From Desulfobulbus propionicus DSM 2032 (GTDB lineage Bacteria > Desulfobacterota > Desulfobulbia > Desulfobulbales > Desulfobulbaceae), in assembly GCF_000186885.1 (NCBI RefSeq), contig NC_014972.1, positions 2,820,001-2,852,000 of the forward strand: a stretch of DNA of 32,000 bases. The letters run 5' to 3'. The notes under the pieces are model-generated. The model did not search any database, was not told the DNA's origin, and saw only the letters and a program-made list of their open reading frames with translations. Positions 28,201 to 32,000 of the stretch are shown in pieces (within the stretch, counting starts at the first letter, position 1; every line of letters begins with the position of its first letter). A program made the position numbers and the translations under genes.

Positions 28201-28367
28201 ATTCCTTGTCACGGTTGCGCAATTGACTTTTTTTCCAGGGCCATTTAAAAATAGAGACGATTGAACAACCCATACATTCGACCGGGCAGCCTTTGCGCAC
28301 AAACAGCCACTCCCTTCCATCGTCATGCCCATTTTCGCGCGCCCCCTCTTCTCCACAGACTGAAGCC

Positions 28368-30305
28368 ATGCAGACCATGCACACCGTTCTCATCATCGAC
28401 GATGAACCCCGTTTCAGCACCAGCCTGGAAGTTTTGCTCAAAGCGGAAGGATATCAAGTGCATGTGGCTTATTCCGGTGAATCGGCCTTCCATCTATTGC
28501 GGCAGCATGCCTTTTCGGCCGCCCTGGTCGACATCAATCTGCCCGATATCAGTGGCAACCTGATCGCCTCCCGGATCGGCAAGGAACATCCCGAAACAGC
28601 GGTCATCATTCTCACCGGCAACGCCACCGTCGACAGTGCGGTAGAATCGCTTCGCCAAGGGGTCTATGATTATCTGCGCAAGCCCTGCGCCCCGGACCGC
28701 CTGCTGCAGACCTTGGCCAGAGGCATCCAGCACAAGCGGCTCACCATGGATCTGCACAACAGCGAGAAACGGTTCCGCCAATTGGCCCAAGCCACCTGGG
28801 AAGGGATCATCATCTACGATCGGGGCACCTTGCTGCAAACCAACAGCCAATTGTGCAAGATGTTTGGATACGCGGAAACCGAACTGCTGGGCAAGCAGAT
28901 CTTTGATGTTCTCTTGGACCGCAACACCATCCGTGCCTTGGAATTCCCCGCCGACCCGGAAACCATCGGCCCATTCGAGGCGCGCGGGGTGAAAAAGGAC
29001 GGCACCACGTTTCCGGTGGAATTCAGGGTCAAGCACATAGACTACCAAGGCCGCCAGGTACAAGTGGCCGCCATTCGCGACGTCACCGACAGTGAGATTG
29101 CCCTCAAGCAGAAGACCTCGCTCATGGAAAAACTGGCCGATGCCCAGCGGATGGAATCACTTGGCCTCATGGCCAGTTCCGTGGCCCATGATCTCAACAA
29201 CATCCTGGCCGGGATCGTCACCTATCCGGAGTTGCTGCTCATGGACCTGGGCGAGGAGTTCAAATACCGCGAAGAACTGCTGATGATCCGGGAAGCGGGC
29301 AAACGAGCGGCGGCGGTGGTCAACGATCTGCTGACCGTGGCCCGGGGGGCGACCTGCAAGAAAGAAGTGCAGAACGTCAACGATCTGATCACCGGCTACC
29401 TCAATTCGGTGGAATTCAGGGAAATCAGTCAACGCTATCCACAGATCAAGGTGACTCCCTATCTGGAAAGCGCGCTGCACAACATCAGTTGTTCGACCAT
29501 GCATCTGACCAAGTCGATCATGAACCTGGTCAACAACGCCGCCGAGGCGATTCAGGCCCGGGGACAAATCATCCTGGCCACGAAGAACGTGCAACTCACC
29601 GCCCCCCATCACGGCTATGAAACCATTGAGCCGGGCGAATATGTGATGATTTCGGTGGAAGATGACGGCCCCGGCATCTCGCCCCAGGATATGCGGCAGA
29701 TTTTCAGCCCCTTTTACAGCAAGAAGGTCATGGGCCGCAGCGGCACCGGCCTCGGCCTGGCGGTGGTGTGGAACACGATCCACGATCACGGCGGGTTTAT
29801 CGACGTGATCAGCAGCACCACCGGTTCAACCTTTTCCCTCTATTTTCCGGTCAGCAAGTTCGGCGCCTACAAGCCAACCCAGCCAACCCCGGTGATCAGC
29901 CAGTACCAGGGCAATGGCGAACGGGTGCTGGTGGTCGATGACCAGAAGAGCCAGCGGGAAATAGCCAGCCGGCTCCTCTCCCGACTCGGCTACCAGCCGC
30001 TGACCGTGCCCTCGGGCGAAGAAGCCGTCGAATACATAAAAAAAACGCCCGTTGACCTGGTCATCCTCGACATGCTCATGGATCCGGGAATCAACGGCTG
30101 TGAAACCTACGAACAGATTCTCCGTCACGTCCCGGGACAAAAGGCCATCATCACCAGCGGCTATTCCAACGCCGAGGAGATCAATCGGGCCATGAACCTG
30201 GGCATCAGCCAGTTCGTCAAAAAACCGTATTCCCTTTACGAACTCGCCCAAGCCCTGAAAACGGAAATGGCCCCGCCCCACTCCTCGATGTATTCTCAAA
30301 AATAA
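28368..30305 (+). CDS. Hybrid histidine kinase with REC-PAS-HisKA-HATPase_c-REC architecture
   Basis: The N-terminal REC reads VLIIDDEP...ALVDINLPDISG...KP. The PAS domain reads FRQLAQATWEGIIIYD...GYAETELLGK. The H-box is SSVAHDLNNILAGI. The ATPase boxes read NLVNNAAEA, DDGPGI and GTGLGLAVV. The C-terminal REC reads VLVVDDQ...LVILDMLMDPGING...KKP. Confidence 0.87.
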   Translation: MQTMHTVLIIDDEPRFSTSLEVLLKAEGYQVHVAYSGESAFHLLRQHAFSAALVDINLPDISGNLIASRIGKEHPETAVIILTGNATVDSAVESLRQGVYDYLRKPCAPDRLLQTLARGIQHKRLTMDLHNSEKRFRQLAQATWEGIIIYDRGTLLQTNSQLCKMFGYAETELLGKQIFDVLLDRNTIRALEFPADPETIGPFEARGVKKDGTTFPVEFRVKHIDYQGRQVQVAAIRDVTDSEIALKQKTSLMEKLADAQRMESLGLMASSVAHDLNNILAGIVTYPELLLMDLGEEFKYREELLMIREAGKRAAAVVNDLLTVARGATCKKEVQNVNDLITGYLNSVEFREISQRYPQIKVTPYLESALHNISCSTMHLTKSIMNLVNNAAEAIQARGQIILATKNVQLTAPHHGYETIEPGEYVMISVEDDGPGISPQDMRQIFSPFYSKKVMGRSGTGLGLAVVWNTIHDHGGFIDVISSTTGSTFSLYFPVSKFGAYKPTQPTPVISQYQGNGERVLVVDDQKSQREIASRLLSRLGYQPLTVPSGEEAVEYIKKTPVDLVILDMLMDPGINGCETYEQILRHVPGQKAIITSGYSNAEEINRAMNLGISQFVKKPYSLYELAQALKTEMAPPHSSMYSQK

Positions 30306-30540
30306 TCGCGCCGCGCAACGGGCCACTGGCGGGCCACCCGGCGACCTTCCGGTCTTCCGCCTTCAACGGGAGGAAAGCCCCGTTTCCTCGGCCGGACGTT
30401 CGTGGTATAAGGCTGCGTGACGGATCCCCCCTTCCCCTGGGCCCCCCTGGCGCGACAACCACCCGCCCGAAAAGGCTGCTCGCGGCGGCTCCGCCCTTGT
30501 GCCTGGTTCACGGGCCATGACTTTTTATTGGGAGTTTTCC

Positions 30541-32000
30541 ATGAAACAATTGTTCCGCATCCTCTTTATGCCCCTGTTCTGGCTCTGGAAATTCCTCAGC
30601 TCCGGGTTGTCTGTACTGTCCAACCTTCTTTTCCTGGCCCTTGTCCTGGCGATTCTGACCGTGGCTTTCTACACACCCAAGATCGACGTGCCGGCGGCTT
30701 GCGCCCTGGTGGTGTCCCCGGCAGGAGATATTGTCGAAGAGCGTTCGCCCATGGATCCCATGACCAGGATACTGGGGCATCTGTCCGGAACACCCCTTGA
30801 AAAGGATACCTTTCTCCAGGACATCCTTGATGGGGTGAACGCGGCCAGTGGGGACGCCCGCATCAAAATGCTGGTCATCAACACCAATCGCATGGGCGGC
30901 GCCAGCCTTGACCAGCTGCGGGCCATCGGGACCGCGGTGGAGGCGTTCAAGAAGACGGGCAAGGAGGTGATCGCCTTGGGCGACAGCTTCAACCAGGCCC
31001 AATACTATCTGGCTTCCTGGGCCGACAAAATCTATCTCCATCCCATGGGAGCGGTCGACATCCGCGGCTTTTCCGTGTTCCGGCTCTACCTGCGGGAGAT
31101 GCTCGACAAACTGGCGATCAACATGCACGTGTTCCGCGTCGGCACCTTCAAATCGGCGGTGGAGCCGTTTCTCCGCAACGACATGTCCCCGGAAGACAGG
31201 GAAGCCAACAGCTTGTGGCTGGGCAACCTGTGGCAGGTCTATCGCGACGATATCGTTCGGCACCGCAAACTCGACGCCGAGGTGTTCGTCGACAACGTCA
31301 ACCAGATGGTCACGCAGCTGGCCTCGGTGGGCGGTGACCGTGGCCGTCTGGCCGTGGCCACAGGCCTGGTGGACGGCCTGAAGAGCCATCAGGAACTGGA
31401 ACAACTGCTCAAGGAGCACATCGGGGTTTCGGCCGATGCAAAGAGTTTCCGCCATATCGCCCTCAGCGATTATCTGCAGACCTTCCCCTCCTCCTATGTC
31501 GACACCAAGGGAAAGAAAGAGCTGATCGGCATCATCGCCGCCTCGGGCAACATCCTGCCCGGCGAGGGGGCGGTTGGCCAGATCGGTGCCGACGACCTGA
31601 TCAAGCGTATCCGCAAGGCTCGGCAGGATCAGCGAATCAAGGCCATCGTCTTGCGTATCACCACCGGCGGCGGCAGCGCCCTTGCCTCGGAACTGATCCG
31701 CCAGGAGCTGGCGCAGGCAAAAAAAGAAGGAAAAATCGTGGTGGTGTCCATGGGGGCCATGGCCGCCTCGGGCGGCTACTGGCTGGCGGCCGATGCCGAC
31801 CTGATCGTGGCCGCGCCGACCACCCTCACCGGCTCGATCGGCATCTTCGGGGCCGTGCCCACGGTGGAGAAAACCCTGGCCAACCTGGGCATCCACGGCG
31901 ACGGGGTGGGCACCACCGATATCGCCCACTTCGGCAACCCGGCCACGACCATGAGCCCCGAGGAAGAAACCGCCCTGCACATGGAGGTGATGCAGGGCTA
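30541..32000 (+). CDS. sppA: Signal peptide peptidase SppA, 67K type; 5' part, with the gene continuing beyond the window
   Basis: It is absent from the ORF track because no stop occurs before the window end. Translation from the ATG at 30541 (GGGAG Shine-Dalgarno 5 nt upstream) gives MKQLFRILFMPLFWLWKFLSSGLSVLSNLLFLALVLAILTVAF, a TM anchor. Later segments include QAQYYLASWADKIYLHPMGAVDIRGF, HVFRVGTFKSAVEPFLRNDMSPEDREA and SMGAMAASGGYWLA, which carries the catalytic Ser region. It is collinear with E. coli SppA. The 490-aa antisense ORF is an artefact. Confidence 0.87.
   Translation, partial: MKQLFRILFMPLFWLWKFLSSGLSVLSNLLFLALVLAILTVAFYTPKIDVPAACALVVSPAGDIVEERSPMDPMTRILGHLSGTPLEKDTFLQDILDGVNAASGDARIKMLVINTNRMGGASLDQLRAIGTAVEAFKKTGKEVIALGDSFNQAQYYLASWADKIYLHPMGAVDIRGFSVFRLYLREMLDKLAINMHVFRVGTFKSAVEPFLRNDMSPEDREANSLWLGNLWQVYRDDIVRHRKLDAEVFVDNVNQMVTQLASVGGDRGRLAVATGLVDGLKSHQELEQLLKEHIGVSADAKSFRHIALSDYLQTFPSSYVDTKGKKELIGIIAASGNILPGEGAVGQIGADDLIKRIRKARQDQRIKAIVLRITTGGGSALASELIRQELAQAKKEGKIVVVSMGAMAASGGYWLAADADLIVAAPTTLTGSIGIFGAVPTVEKTLANLGIHGDGVGTTDIAHFGNPATTMSPEEETALHMEVMQG

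Noticed and set aside
26065-28356. A 763-aa ORF lies on the minus strand and spans the whole HDOD kinase gene and beyond.
   Set aside because: It is exactly antisense to a gene with clear domain architecture. Its translation is low-complexity and Gly/Arg/Val/Gln/Asp-rich, with no recognisable motif. Long open antisense frames are expected in GC-rich coding DNA.
30517-30540. An alternative in-frame sppA start at the ATG at 30517 (MTFYWEFSMKQ...).
   Set aside because: It has no Shine-Dalgarno upstream, whereas the ATG at 30541 has GGGAG at ideal spacing and begins a typical basic and hydrophobic signal-anchor. It is kept only as a minor possibility.
1-32000. A window-wide search for CRISPR repeats, IS or transposase ends, integrase or att sites, prophage genes, or defence-island genes.
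   Set aside because: I could see no regularly spaced direct repeats, terminal inverted repeats or mobile-element proteins. Apart from the intergenic regions, gene content and GC look uniform and core-like.

Overview
This is a moderately GC-rich bacterial chromosomal window with about 30 recognisable genes, nearly all conserved housekeeping functions. Most of the minus strand from 5.8 to 17.2 kb is one core block: DUF1844, ispE, tRNA-Gln, prs, ctc, pth, carD, rluD, coaE, rho, rpmE, prfA, prmC and murA. This order and content resemble Desulfobacterota (deltaproteobacteria), which is inference only.

Other content:
- A partial sugar-nucleotide epimerase, a class II FBP aldolase, and a tatC split by a frameshift in a T9 run.
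- An NtrC-type sigma-54 activator with a multi-TM PAS histidine kinase.
- gltX and glnS, directly followed by a feo locus: feoA, a second feoA-domain gene, a FeoB-associated Cys-rich peptide, and feoB.
- A translationally coupled mtnA plus class II aldolase pair.
- Two adjacent soluble histidine kinases, HDOD-GAF-HK and REC-PAS-HK-REC.
- The 5' part of sppA.

I recognise no CRISPR array, IS or transposase, integrase, phage, toxin-antitoxin or defence genes. I do not see a convincing, wholly novel multi-gene system.

The observations most worth follow-up are:
1. A 14-bp GC hairpin just downstream of glnS-feoA contains an exact copy of both strands of the local tRNA-Gln acceptor stem.
2. The tatC frameshift sits at a homopolymer.
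3. The mtnA-aldolase pair looks like the anaerobic DHAP-shunt form of MTA/5'-deoxyadenosine salvage.
4. The feo locus has an unusual layout.
5. The HDOD-GAF kinase and the hybrid kinase are paired with no output regulator nearby.

The many long ORFs antisense to real genes are treated as GC-bias artefacts.
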